Shown: in pieces, positions 1 to 12,606 of the stretch | Layout: the number at the start of each line of letters is the position of its first letter | How positions within the stretch are numbered: position 1 is the stretch's first letter | Assembly: GCA_002269645.1 (NCBI GenBank) | Contig: NIVC01000568.1 | Span: forward strand, 186,001-250,000 | DNA from: Macrostomum lignano | Lineage: Eukaryota | Direction: 5' to 3' | DNA: 64,000 nt | Program-made: the position numbers and the translations under genes | Notes under the pieces: generated by a model | The model's database searches: none | What the model was told of the DNA's origin: nothing | What the model saw: only the letters and a program-made list of their open reading frames with translations

Positions 1-3000
1 GCTTTGGAAGCGGCCAGACAGGAGATTTTCATCTGCGATTGGTGGCTGACCCCGAGCTGCATTTGAAGCGGCCGGACCCGGAGGACCGGCACCAGCTCAT
101 GAATGTGCTGCAGAGGCGGGCAGACGCTGGGGTCAAGATTTTCATCCTCATTTACAAGGAACTGCGATTCGCTGTCAACACTGACAGCTGGTAGGTTGCT
201 GAGCTGACTTTCATGCTAGACTATCTTAAGGGGTCAGGACAGGTCAAGTGACCCCAGCTAAGACCTTAAGACTTGCCTTTTCAAAAAAAGCCCAATTTTG
301 ATGTTAGACAATCCGAGGGGGGTCAAGTGACCCCAGACAAGACTTATGGAGGTATAGTCACTGACGATCCGGCTTTAATGCTGAGCAATCCGAAAGGGAG
401 GTCAAATGACCCCAGCTAAGACCATGGGACTCGCCTTTTAAAAAACAGCCTAATTTTGATGCTCGCCATTCCTAAGGGGTCAAGTGACCCCCGCAAAGAC
501 TGTTGGATGGATTGTTACTGACAAGCCGGCTTTAATGCTACGTAATCTTGGGGGGGGGGTCAAGTGACCTCAGTGACATCAGCTAAGACCGTGGGACTCC
601 TTTTGTCACAAAGCAGACAAATTTAGTTGCTAGCCAATCTGACAGGAGGTCAACTGACCCCACGGCCAGTATTTCCCTTTGCGCAGATTTAGTGCTGCAG
701 AGTCTGCAATCACTAATTAAATTAATTGGCAACTCAGGTACGCCAAGATGATGCTGAAAGCCCGCTGTCCCAAGCGCAACATCTACATACTGCGCCACCC
801 GAACCACCTGTTCAACGCCGACCTATTGTGGACGCACCACGAGAAGCTGCTAATTGTCGATCAGCGCCTGGCCTTCTTTGGCGGCATCGACCTGTGCTGG
901 GGCCGCTGGGACACTCAGCGACACCCCCTGACCGACCAAGGCGACGCTGATTGGCCATCCGACTGTCGGCCAATCGGCGACGTTGACGCTTTCAACGCCG
1001 CTTTCCCCGGCCGAGCCGTTGGTTCCGGTGCTGCCGCAGGAGCGGCGTTCACGACGGCAGAAACGTCGAAAGATTTCGCCGACGTCAGCGAGACTCTAGA
1101 CACGGTGGACTTCAACGACACCGGCGCTGCGTGGCACGCCACCCCGGACTCGGCCATTGTTGTCGAATCGCTGGACGATTCGTCGTCCTCTGGCGCCGGC
1201 AAGACGAAGCGACGTGGACTGATGCGATTTCTGTCCGCTGGGCCGCGGCAGGATCTGGGAATTCTGTTGCAGCAGCAGCAGCATCAGATGGCCGCGTCAA
1301 TGGCGGCCGCATCTTCAGCTAGTGAAGGTGCGCCTTTGGACTTTCATGCGGTTGTCATTTTCCATGTTTGATTCTTAACATCTGAGCTAACAGTTTTAAT
1401 ACAAGCCTTTCATGATCTTAGTTTTATCCACCGACCCATCCCTGCTGGTCTGTCAGTGCCCTCCCTGCTAGTCTGTCAGTGCCCTCCTTGCTGGTCTCTC
1501 AGTGCCTTCCCTGCTGGTCTGTCAGTGCCTTCCCTGTTGGTCCATCAGTGCCCTACCTGCTAGTCCTTCAGTGCCCTCCCTGCTGGTCCATCAGTGCCCT
1601 ACCTGCTAGTCCTTCAGTGCCCTCCCTGCTGGTCCATCAGTGCCCTCCCTGTTGGTCCTTCAGTGCCCTCCCTGTTGGTCCTTCAGTGCCCTCCCTGTTG
1701 GTCCATCAGTGCCCTCCCTGCTGGTCCATCAGTGCCCTACCTGCTAGTCCTTCAGTGCCCTACCTGCTGATCCATCAGTGCCCTCCCTGCTGGTCCATCA
1801 GTGCCCTACCTGCTGGTCCATCAGTGCCCTCCATGCTGGTCCATCAGTGCCCTACCTGCTAGTCCTTCAGTGCCCTCCCTGCTGGTCCATCAGTGCCCTA
1901 CCTGCTAGTCCTTCAGTGCCCTCCCTGCTGGTCCTTTAACGACCTTGAGCATATTAGCCTCCTCGCTCGCTAAGCGACTAAAACATTGCACAGCGCAGGA
2001 CCCGCATTGGCCTCCCGCGCACTCTAACGCACTCTCACTCTCTCCGTTTCTCTCACCGTCTGGCTGGCGCCGCTACGCAGGAAAGCCGCACAAATTACGC
2101 CGCTTTCACACCATTGAAGCGCACGGCAACGGCAGCCGGTCAGCTGGCGGCGCCGCCGAAGCCGCTGCCGCCGCTTCCGGCATCGTCGACGATTCGGCGG
2201 TCGAGTATCAGGCCGGCCGGCAGCCTCGCTGGCACGTAATGGACGACGGCCAGCTGCAAGTCCGACGACTCGAGGCTCGCCGGGTTAGCAACCTTTGGCG
2301 CGGCGCAATCGAGCGGATGCGCATCGCTCGCGGCGTCCGCGGCCAGCTCAGGCGGTCGGCTGCCGCAGGCGGCGATCAGGGAGGCTTCGAAAACAGCGAG
2401 GATTTTGTGGATTCGCGGTAGGTTACCTTCTGTGTTCATTTGATGTACATTTAGTGCTCATTTGATGTACATTCTGTGTACATTGATGTTCATTTGGTGT
2501 GCATTTGGTGTACATTTGGTGTTCATTTGGTGTACATTCTGTGTACATTGATGTTCATTTGGTGTGCATTTGGTGTACATTTGGTGTTCATTTGGTGTAC
2601 ATTCAATGTACATTCAATGTACATTCAGTGTACATTCAGTGTACTCTCTGTGTACAATTAGATGTAACAATCTATTCGAAGTACCCTTCATGTAAATTGT
2701 CTTTAATTGTTTTATCCTCTAACCGCAGGCCCCCAGAGCTCGCGGTTGAGGCGCGCAACATTCAGCTGTGGAAGGGCCTTGACTATGTCAATTGGGTCAT
2801 TAAAGAGCCATTCAACTTGCACCAGCCAAATAGAGGTGAGTCTGGGGATTAAGGTTATTGAGCTAGCTTCGCTAAACAAGAAGTAGGATTCTACCTATCT
2901 CTCCTGCGTGTCTTTCTAACCACTGCCTAAATTTATACCTGCTACTTTCTATTCTACCCGCTTTTATCTATTAATGTATTAAGCAAATTCAATGAATTAC

Positions 3001-6000
3001 TCACCTACTAATCCACCAACTAGCCTACCTACCTACCTACCTACCTGACTATCTACCTACCAACTTACCTACCTACTAAACCCATCTGTCGACTGACTGC
3101 ATGGCTACCTACGGGGCCGTAGCCCAGTGGTTTAGCGGGGCGCTCTCATGTGCCAGCGACCCAGGCTCGATTCCAAGTGCAGTTTCATTAATTTGTGGCT
3201 AAATTGGAATCTCGACTTGGCTCTGCTCGAGCAGTTATCGCCATTGAGGGCCAACCCCTGAGTGTACATGCCTAACGATAAATAAATTTGGGGCCGCTGT
3301 ATACTCTTGTATGAGTGTGTGCCTGTGCGTATGCGTACGTATCCGCGCACTTGTGTGCCTGCTCTGGGGAGTCGGTGGAATGGGCAGCAATGCCTCTCGC
3401 CGGTTGTGCGACAATGTCGCTTAAAGTGCGCCAGGGTGCACACAACCCCCTGCCTCTACTAGTAAAAAGACTGGCTACCTAACTCTACCAATTTAACTAC
3501 GACTGCCTACCCTATCTACCGACTACCTACCCTATCTACCGACTACCTACCCTATCTACCGACTGCCTACCCTATCTACCGACTGCCTACCCTATCTACT
3601 GACTGCCTACCCTATCTACCGACTACCTACCCTATCTACCGACTGCCTACCCTATCTACCGACTGCCTACCCTATCTACCGACTGCCTACCCTATCTACC
3701 GACTGCCTACCCTATCTACCGACTACCTACCCTATCTACCGACTGCCTACCCTATCTACCGACCCACCTTACCTCACTCTACAATCTCCGCGTCCTCAGA
3801 CCTGGTGGACCGCAACGAGGTGCCCCGAATGCCGTGGCACGACGTGGCCTGCGCAGTCGGCGACAACGCGGCCCGCGATTTGGCCCGGCACTTCATCCAG
3901 CGCTGGAATTTCACAGTTCGCGACAAGAACCTGTCGACGGTCCGCTATCCCATGCTCATCCCCAAGGCCTTCGCCGCTGTCGATGCAGCCGCTGAGGAAG
4001 CCGCTGAAGAGGCCGCTGAAGCCGCTGCAGTCGCTGCGGCCGCCGCCGCGGCAGCTTCCGGCGGCGGAAAGCGGCGTTGGCGGAAGCAGCGGAAGCGCCA
4101 AACTGACTACCGGCTTGACGGCCTGGACACCAGCGGTAGGCCGCCGGCCGATAATTCCGGCCTGAGCCGCCTGCTGCCGAGGTTCTACAATCAGGTTGGT
4201 GACCGTTTGTACTTTTGCTAGTTGTGCTTGGACTGCTTGAAGTATGGATTGTTGGCGCTTGATTTCTGACGCCTGTTTCTTTATCGTTTCGGACACCTGT
4301 TGCTTCGCCTGTTCCCTCACCTGTTTCTCACCTGTTTCTCACCTGTTTCTCACCTGTTTCTCACCTGTTCCCTCATTTGTTCACTCATCTGTTCACTAAC
4401 CTGTTCCCTCACCTGTTTCTTATCTGTTCACTCACCTGTTCACTCACCTGTTATTTTACCTGTTCTCTCATCTGTTCACTCATCTGTTCACTCACCTGTT
4501 ATTTTACCTGTTCTCTCATCTGTTCACTCATCTGTTCACTCACCTGTTATTTTACCTGTTCACTCATCTGTTCACTCACCTGTTCACTCACCTGTTCACT
4601 CACCTGTTATTTTACCTGTTCTCTCATCTGTTCACTCATCTGTTCACTCACCTGTTCTCTCACCTGTTCACTCATCTGTTCACTCACCTGTTCACTCACC
4701 TGTTCACTCACCTGTTCACTCACCTGTTCACTCACCTGTTCACTCAACTGTTCCCTCACCTGTTCACTCACCTGTTCCCACAGAACATAGACAGAATGCC
4801 CGATCGGCTGTCGCGGGATGTTTAGAAATTAATATGCAAACAAACTACTTTTGTGGTGAAGCGGAGCAGTAGTTATGAAAATTCGATATGCATATATATA
4901 TATATTTATAATATATGTAGACTCTGCGTATGATTCTATAAACTTACAGTGTAGATATTGCTTCAGAATTTAAAATTAACAGGTTTGGCAGTGCCCAAAT
5001 TGGAATAAAACTGTAGACGTTGTCCCCAATCATTTATTTGAAACAAAAAACATATTTGAAACATTTTAATTATTATTATTAACAATACAATTCACCAATT
5101 TACTCCAATTTGTATTCGCTGCTCCAGTTCAAATTACATTGTAAACTTTCCCCAATCAATTGCATTCCTCAATCAGCGTTCAGTCGCCTCAGCTTTCTCT
5201 GCACTGGTACAAGTGCAGTCCCTCTTCCGCTTTTCCTCTTTTGCTGCACACGACAGCGTTCTTCCACCTCGCTTCGTTTTTCTTGCCCAAGAGGTCTGCT
5301 CGGAAGATGCGCCGAGCCCAATCTTCACACCTACAGTAGTTAGGTTTCAGTGAATGACTATGGGGCAATAGCAGGAAAGTCACGCATGTACATGAACATA
5401 CCTTTCTCGGTTTGCTGGGAATCGATGAAATCTCGTTTGTGCAGGACATTTGTTTGCGTAATTCTGGCAGCCATAAGCAGCGCATTGCCTTCTTGATGCT
5501 GTCATGTTACAGTTGTCTCTGTTTAATGCCTTCGTTGCTGCTAATCACTGCCTTATTCATGTCAGTTGCAGCAGCCGCTGCCACAGAATATACTGTATAT
5601 TCTGTGGCAGCGGCTGCTGCTACTCGCAGTCTCAGTCGTCTATGGCAGAACCTTTCCAAGCCGCATACGCGTAAGTATAAGTGGCTACTATCTTTCTTCA
5701 CCACAAAAGTAGCTAAATATGCAAATACTTTTTGTAACAGATTTTTCTGCGAGAGGGCTGATCGGGCATTCTGTCTATATTCTGTGCCTGTTCCCTCACC
5801 TGTTCACTCACCAGTTCTCTAACTTGTTCACTCACCTGTTCCCTCACCTGTTCACTCACCAGTTCTCTAACTTGTTCACTCACCTGTTCCCTCACCTGTT
5901 CACTCATCTGTTCCCTCACCTGTTCACTCACCAGTTCTCTAACTTGTTCACTCACCTGTTCCCTCACCTGTTCACTCACCAGTTCACTCACCTGTTCCCT

Positions 6001-7122
6001 CACCTGTTCACTCACCAGTTCTCTAACTTGTTCACTCACCTGTTCATTCGCCTGTCCCCGGCCTCGCAGGTGAACATCCTCCGCTCAGTGGGTCCCTGGT
6101 CTGCCGGCCTGGCCTCCGAGCCCGAGCGGTCAATCCACGAGGCCATGTGCGCGGCAATCGATAGCGCCGAGTGTTTCGTGTACATCGAATCGCAATTCTT
6201 CATCAGCAATCCGACCAGCGATTGCGCTGCCTCCCCGGTGCGCAACCAGGTGGCGGCCCGCCTGGCCAACCGGATTTTGCGCGCCCACCGGGACGGCCGG
6301 CCGTTCCGCGTCTACCTGCTGCTGCCACTGCGGCCGCAGTTCGAGGAGCAGCTGGTCGAGCCGCGCAGCATGGAACGGACCAAGAAGATTTTGCACCTGA
6401 CCTATCGGTCCCTGTGCCGAGGCCCGGACTCCCTGCTGGGCCGGCTCCAACAGGGCGGGATCGAGGATCACACCCGCTACCTGGCTATCTGCTCCCTGCG
6501 CACCTGGGGCCGCATGCCCAGCGGTCGCTTAGCAACCGAGCTAATCTACGTGCACTCAAAGCTGCTCATAGCTGACGACCGAGTCCTGGTGCTTGGCTCG
6601 GCCAATATCAATGACAGGTCCCTGCTGGGCTGCCGCGACTCCGAGCTGGCCATGCGCTATGAGGACGCGGGGCCGGACACCGCCAGGGCCGTCTGGAGAG
6701 CCGCCGCCGGCGCTGACGAAGTCGACATCCGGGTTGGCTCGTTCTGCGGCTCCCTGCGTCGGTGCCTGATGCGGGAGCACCTCGGCCTGCTGGACGGCGG
6801 CGACTCCGCTGACGCTGCCGCTCTGGACGACCCGCTGTCCGAGAAGCTGTTCGACCGGCTGTGGCTGGGCCGAGCTCGAGCCAACTCCAAGCTGTTCGAG
6901 TCCGTGTTCCGCTGCCTGCCTTCTGATTCCGTTCCAGACTACGAGTCTCTGGCCGCCTGGCTGAAGGAGCCGCCATTGGCCGAGGTAGACCGCGATGCTG
7001 CCGCACAGCGGCTGGCCACGGAGGCTCCGGGCGGCAATCTGGTGCTGTTCCCGCTGCAGTTCCTGGGCAATGCGGATCTAGATGATCAGCTGTCTGTGGT
7101 GCCCGATATCACCTGGCACTGA
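1..7122 (+). CDS. PLD1: Phospholipase D (PLD1/2 family), partial at 5' end; exons <1-190, 738-1327, 2081-2417, 2729-2835, 3800-4194, 6070-7122
   Basis: Both HKD motifs intact ([18 protein letters not shown]), plus [34 protein letters not shown] and [13 protein letters not shown] junctions have matching phases. The first exon needs one extra C in the run at 50-53 to stay in frame. Confidence 0.95.
240..662. repeat. Six near-palindromic GGGTCA-AG-TGACCC motifs about 79 bp apart, with alternating A/B spacers (dimeric ~158-bp higher-order repeat) in a PLD intron
   Basis: GGTCA cores at 242, 321, 400, 478, 558 and 648; spacers 1/3/5 resemble each other, as do 2/4. Confidence 0.85.
1430..1935. repeat. 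23-bp minisatellite (CAGTGCCCTCCCTGCTGGTCCAT) in PLD intron
   Basis: CAGTG recurs at 1569, 1592 and 1615; explains the spurious ORF 1479-1862. Confidence 0.95.
2428..2660. repeat. Degenerate ~11-bp repeat (GTACATTTGGT) in PLD intron
   Basis: Visible tandem periodicity starting about 10 nt after the donor at 2418. Confidence 0.85.
3113..3471 (+). mobile_element. tRNA-derived SINE, copy 1 (most complete)
   Basis: tRNA-like head with A box TAGCCCAGTGG and B box GGCTCGATTCC; flanked by the direct repeat TGGCTACCTA (3102-3111, 3472-3481); homologous to 23773 and 53872. Confidence 0.85.
3485..3760. repeat. 20-bp minisatellite (GACTGCCTACCCTATCTACC) in PLD intron
   Basis: Exact 20-bp periodicity. 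Confidence 0.95.
4300..6045. repeat. 12-bp minisatellite (CTCACCTGTTCA/C) in PLD intron, split in two (4300-4778, 5787-6045) by a MITE
   Basis: Same unit on both sides of the insertion; removing the element plus one 8-bp TSD copy restores the array register. Confidence 0.9.
4779..5786. mobile_element. Non-autonomous DNA transposon (MITE, ~1 kb), P-element-like or hAT-like
   Basis: 27-bp TIR CACAGAA(C/T)ATAGACAGAATGCCCGATC with 1 mismatch; 8-bp flanking direct repeat CCTGTTCC (4771-4778, 5787-5794); AT-rich non-coding interior. Confidence 0.85.
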
Positions 7123-7139
7123 CTGGGTGGGCTAAGACT

Positions 7140-7820
7140 TTGGGAACTGGACCGCATCGTTGTGTTTGTGTGTTGGTAGAGAACTGGACCGCATCATTGT
7201 GTTCGAGTGGGTAGAGAACTGGACCGCATCATTGTGTTTGAGTGGGTAGAGAACTGGACCGCATCTTTGTGTTTGTGAGTAGGTACAGAACTGGACCGCA
7301 TCATTGTGTTCGTATGTGTTTAGAGAACTGGACCGCATCATTGTGTTTGTGAGTATGTACAGAACTGGACCGCATCGTTGTGTTGTGAGTTGGTAGAGAA
7401 CTGGACTGAATCACTATGTTTGTGAGTAGGTAGAGAACTGGACCGCGTCTTTGTGTTTGTGAGTAGGTACAGAACTGGACCGCATCATTGTGTTCATATG
7501 TGTTTAGAGAACTGGACCGCATCATTGTGTTTGTGAGTAGGTACAGAACTGGACCGCATCATTGTGTTCGTGAGTAGGTACAGAACTGGACCGCATCATT
7601 GTGTTCGTATGTGTTTAGAGAACTGGACCGCATCATTGTGTTCGTATGTGTTTAGAGAACTGGACCGCATCATTGTGTTCGTATGTGTTTAGAGAACTGG
7701 ACCGCATCATTGTGTTTGTGAGTAGGTACAGAACTGGACCGCATCATTGTGTTTGTGAGTAGGTACAGAACTGGACCGCATCATTGTGTTTGTGAGTAGG
7801 TACAGAACTGGACCGCATCA
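7140..7820. repeat. 37-bp minisatellite starting just after the PLD stop codon (probably in the 3' UTR)
   Basis: Unit AGAACTGGACCGCATCATTGTGTTTGTGAGTAGGTAC. Confidence 0.95.
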
Positions 7821-7880
7821 CTGGGTAGATAACTGAGTATGTAGAGAATCCATTGAGCTTTTTTAAACAAATGATCAAGT

Positions 7881-7886
7881 AATAAA
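7881..7886 (+). terminator. Candidate PLD polyadenylation signal AATAAA
   Basis: First AATAAA seen after the stop codon and the 37-bp array; motif match only. Confidence 0.35.
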
Positions 7887-8319
7887 AATGTCTCATGAAA
7901 CAAACTTAAATTACCGCAGCTGACTTTAAAATCGAAATATGATTTGCGAATTTTGCTTTGCTTTGCTTTAAAATCAGTACTGTGCTAAATTGTTTATTTC
8001 GTTTGAAAGTACGAGTACTTGACTAGACTACCTTTTGTCTGCCATTGTTAAGGCCGTGTCTTTGTAACTGCTTCCATATACTGTTATTAATGCATTTGCT
8101 TATGTATTGCTTGTTTGTATTTGCCGACCTCTGATGGCCTCTTCTGGCCAAGTGTTTGATGGTGTCATTTTTACGGCACTCTTATTAAAGACAAGATTTT
8201 GATTATCTCATCCAGTTACATAGGTGAGATTTTGATCTCATCTAGTTACAGGGGTGAGATTTTGAATATACCATCTAGTTACATGGGTGAGATTTTGATA
8301 ATCATATCTTGAGATTTTG

Positions 8320-8580
8320 GTCATTCTATCTTGAGATTTTGATCATCCCATCTCGTCACAGGGGTGAGATTTTTATCATCCCATCTTGAGATTTTGATCA
8401 TCCCATCTTGATATTTTGATCATCCCATCTTGAGATTTTGATCATTCCATCTTGAGATTTCAATCATCCCATCTTGAGATTTTGATCATCCCATCTTGAG
8501 ATTTTGGTCATCCCATCTTGAGATTTTGATCATCCCATCTTGAGATTTTGATCATCCTATCTTGAGATTTTGATCATCCC
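8320..8580. repeat. 22-bp minisatellite (CATCCCATCTTGAGATTTTGAT)
   Basis: Visible tandem periodicity. Confidence 0.9.
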
Positions 8581-9264
8581 ATCTAGTTACAGGGGTGGGA
8601 TTTTAAAGATTTTGATTGAGATTTTTACTATTTAATACTAAATATGTATCATAATATTTTCAGATTAATTTAATTTATCAAACAAGTGTTCAGAACTTGC
8701 TTTGGGACCTTACAACTTGCTTGATTGCTTGATTTATTCACACCATTACCGCAACCTTTTTGCACTGATTGCCAATTTGTTGTGCTTATCAGCTTTTTGG
8801 ATATCTATATTTAATTGTGTTAACAGGCACAGAGCATGCGGCTGCCATGTACAAAGTGTTTTATTTCTTTTTTACAAAAAAATGATTTCTTTCAGCAGCG
8901 CTTTCTGTTGTCAGTGATTTGACATTCATGTGTCCATTCGGCATTCAGACCTACTTTAATCTGCTATTATTATCCCACTAATTAGGGGATCTGTTCCCAG
9001 GTTAGGCTTTTTGCACCTAGAAAATCTTCTTCCCGTTTTGATCCACAGCTTTTTCAATTCTACATACATTATTTAGTTATATCTATAAATCATTTCTTTT
9101 ATAGTTTTGAATATACGTCACGTTTGGATACGAAAAACCGATTCTGCCTACTTGTAGTAGGCTAAAATGGTGCCTATAGCCTATATATTCCGATTTTTCA
9201 TTACCATACAAGTCACGATTTGGCTGCAGTTTTTCTTTCTTTATTTTCCTCAACCCGATTTCCA

Positions 9265-11950
9265 GGACTCCAGGACTCCTCATCTCGGTTCCCAGACACT
9301 CCTCATCCCGGTTCCCAGACACTCCTCATCTCGGTTCCCAGACACTCCTCATCTCGGTTCCCAGACACTCATCTCGGTTCCCAGACACTCCTCATCTCGG
9401 TTCCCAGACACTCCTCATCTCGGTTCCCAGACACTCCTCATCTCGGTTCCCAGACACTTCTCACCCCGGTTCCCAGACACTCCTCATCTCGGTTCCCAGA
9501 CACTTCTCACCCCGGTTCCCAGACACTCCTCACCGGTTCCCAGACACTCCTCACCCCGGTTCCCAGACTCTCCTCACTTCGGTTCCCAGACACTCCTCAT
9601 CTCGGTTCCCAGACACTTCTCACCCCGGTTCCCAGACACTCCTCACTTCGGTTCCCAGACACTCCTCATCTCGGTTCCCAGACACTCATCTCGGTTCCCA
9701 GACACTCCTCATCTCGGTTCCCAGACACTCCTCATCTCGGTTCCCAGACACTCCTCATCTCGGTTCCCAGACACTTCTCACCCCGGTTCCCAGACACTCC
9801 TCACTTCGGTTCCCAGACACTCCTCATCTCGGTTCCCAGACACTTCTCACCCCGGTTCCCAGACACTCCTCACCCCGGTTCCCAGACACTCCTCGCTTCG
9901 GTTCCCAGACACTCCTCACTTCGGTTCCCAGACACTCCTCATCTCGGTTCCCAGACACTTCTCACCCCGGTTCCCAGACACTCCTCACCCCGATTCCCAG
10001 ACACTCCTCACTTCGGTTCCCAGACACTCCTCACCCCGGTTCCCAGACACTCCTCACTTCGGTTCCCAGACACTCCTCATCTCGGTTCCCAGACACTTCT
10101 CACCCCGGTTCCCAGACACTCCTCACCGGTTCCCAGACACTCCTCACCCCGGTTCCCAGACACTCCTCACTTCGGTTCCCAGACACTCCTCATCTCGGTT
10201 CCCAGACACTCCTCACCCCGGTTCCCAGACACTCCTCACCGGTTCCCAGACACTCCTCACTTCGGTTCCCAGACACTCCTCACCGGTTCCCAGACACTCC
10301 TCACCGGTTCCCAGACACTCCTCACTTCGGTTCCCAGACACTCCTCACTTCGGTTCCCAGACACTCCTCACTTCGGTTCCCTGACACTCCTCACTTCGGT
10401 TCCCAGACACTCCTCATCTCGGTTCCCAGACACTTCTCACCCCGGTTCCCAGACACTCCTCACTTCGGTTCCCAGACACTCCTCATCTCGGTTCCCAGAC
10501 ACTCATCTCGGTTCCCAGACACTCCTCATCTCGGTTCCCAGACACTCCTCATCTCGGTTCCCAGACACTCCTCATCTCGGTTCCCAGACACTTCTCACCC
10601 CGGTTCCCAGACACTCCTCACTTCGGTTCCCAGACACTCCTCATCTCGGTTCCCAGACACTTCTCACCCCGGTTCCCAGACACTCCTCACCCCGGTTCCC
10701 AGACACTCCTCACTTCGGTTCCCAGACACTCCTCACTTCGGTTCCCAGACACTCCTCATCTCGGTTCCCAGACACTTCTCACCCCGGTTCCCAGACACTC
10801 CTCACCCCGATTCCCAGACACTCCTCACTTCGGTTCCCAGACACTCCTCACCCCGGTTCCCAGACACTCCTCACTTCGGTTCCCAGACACTCCTCATCTC
10901 GGTTCCCAGACACTTCTCACCCCGGTTCCCAGACACTCCTCACCGGTTCCCAGACACTCCTCACCCCGGTTCCCAGACACTCCTCACTTCGGTTCCCAGA
11001 CACTCCTCACCCCGGTTCCCAGACACTCCTCACTTCGGTTCCCAGACACTCCTCATCTCGGTTCCCAGACACTCCTCACCCCGGTTCCCAGACACTCCTC
11101 ACTTCGGTTCCCAGACACTCCTCATCTCGGTTCCCAGACACTCCTCACCCCGGTTCCCAGACACTCCTCACCGGTTCCCAGACACTCCTCACTTCGGTTC
11201 CCAGACACTCCTCACCGGTTCCCAGACACTCCTCACCGGTTCCCAGACACTCCTCACTTCGGTTCCCAGACACTCCTCACTTCGGTTCCCAGACACTCCT
11301 CACTTCGGTTCCCAGACACTCCTCACTTCGGTTCCCTGACACTCCTCACTTCGGTTCCCAGACACTCCTCACCGGTTCCCAGACACTCCTCACTTCGGTT
11401 CCCAGACACTCCTCACCGGTTCCCAGACACTCCTCACCGGTTCCCAGACACTCCTCACTTCGGTTCCCAGACACTCCTCACTTCGGTTCCCTGACACTCC
11501 TCACTTCGGTTCCCAGATACTCCTCACTTCGGTTCCCAGACACTCCTCACTTCGGTTCCCAGATACTCCTCACTTCGGTTCCCAGATACTCCTCACCGGT
11601 TCCCAGACACTCCTCACCCCGGTTCCCAGACACTCCTCACCCCGGTTCCCAGACACTCCTCACTTCGGTTCCCAGACACTCCTCATCTCGGTTCCCAGAC
11701 ACTCCTCATCTCGGTTCCCAGACACTCCTCACCCCGGTTCCCAGACACTCCTCACCGGTTCCCAGACACTCCTCACTTCGGTTCCCAGACACTCCTCACT
11801 TCGGTTCCCAGACACTCCTCACTTCGGTTCCCAGACACTCCTCATCTCGGTTCCCAGACACTCCTCACCCCGGTTCCCAGACACTCCTCATCTCGGTTCC
11901 CAGACACTCCTCATATTGGTTCCCAGACACTCCTCACTTCGGTTCCCAGA
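9265..11950. repeat. 20-23-bp minisatellite (GGTTCCCAGACACTCCTCA + CTTC/TCTC/CCCC/CC), roughly 120 copies
   Basis: Explains the 405-aa and 921-aa repetitive ORFs. Confidence 0.97.
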
Positions 11951-12606
11951 TACTCACTCCGGTTGCCAGACAAGTGGTGCAATAAATCAATTTTCTTTAT
12001 CAAATTCATAGCATCCTAATGCGAGAAGACCGTTTGAAGGTAAGAACTGATGAGGAAGCCGTCTGTCTGCCTTGACGAAATTCTTTGTTGTTAGTTTCTC
12101 ATCAAAGCAGGATGTGAAAGTCTTGAAGCTGATAATTATCTATCCGAGTTGTTGACGGGTCTCTGCAGGTGGTCTGCGCGGGTGTCATTAGTGAAATCAA
12201 TCGGCACCTTTGAGGCGAAGATTTTCAATAACTGCAGATAATTGCCAATCTGAGGCCTCTCCAGTGGGTTGGGGCTATCAATTACTGGTCAAGGAGACCG
12301 GCACAATTAGTTTGCCACCTGTTCGTGTGGCCACCTGCAGTTCCTGTCAGTCACCTGTGTGCGACTATTGACAACAGGCGAATCACAGTATCAATTACTG
12401 GCTCTTCATTTTTTCCTTCATCGCTTTGTTCTCAAGGCAGAGCAGCTTCGTCACCCTTCGCTGTGACAGCTTTTAATTATCCATCTTCATTGCAATTTTA
12501 AACCAATTAGCACCTCCTCATCAGGAGCAGCTGGTTTTGTGTATAGACAATTACAGTTTGTCTTTTCATACTTTTTAATGAAAAATGTTTGGGCTTGTTC
12601 TGAACT

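Noticed and set aside
240-662. CRISPR-like look (palindromic repeats with ~60-bp spacers)
   Set aside because: Spacers are homologous to each other in an A/B pattern, the context is a eukaryotic intron, and there are no cas genes.
3113-3185. tRNA gene
   Set aside because: A/B boxes are present but there is no complete cloverleaf; it continues into a body shared by three dispersed copies, so it is a SINE head.
9167-11985. 405-aa and 921-aa ORFs (also 16853-19513, 41943-43807, 24143-24661, 36173-37077, 62579-63376)
   Set aside because: They are translations of stop-free tandem repeats, open in several frames, and lie in introns or intergenic DNA.
12047-12085. Hammerhead ribozyme-like CTGATGAG...GAAA
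   Set aside because: Stem II does not pair beyond the first G-C, and I could not build stems I/III with a UH cleavage site.
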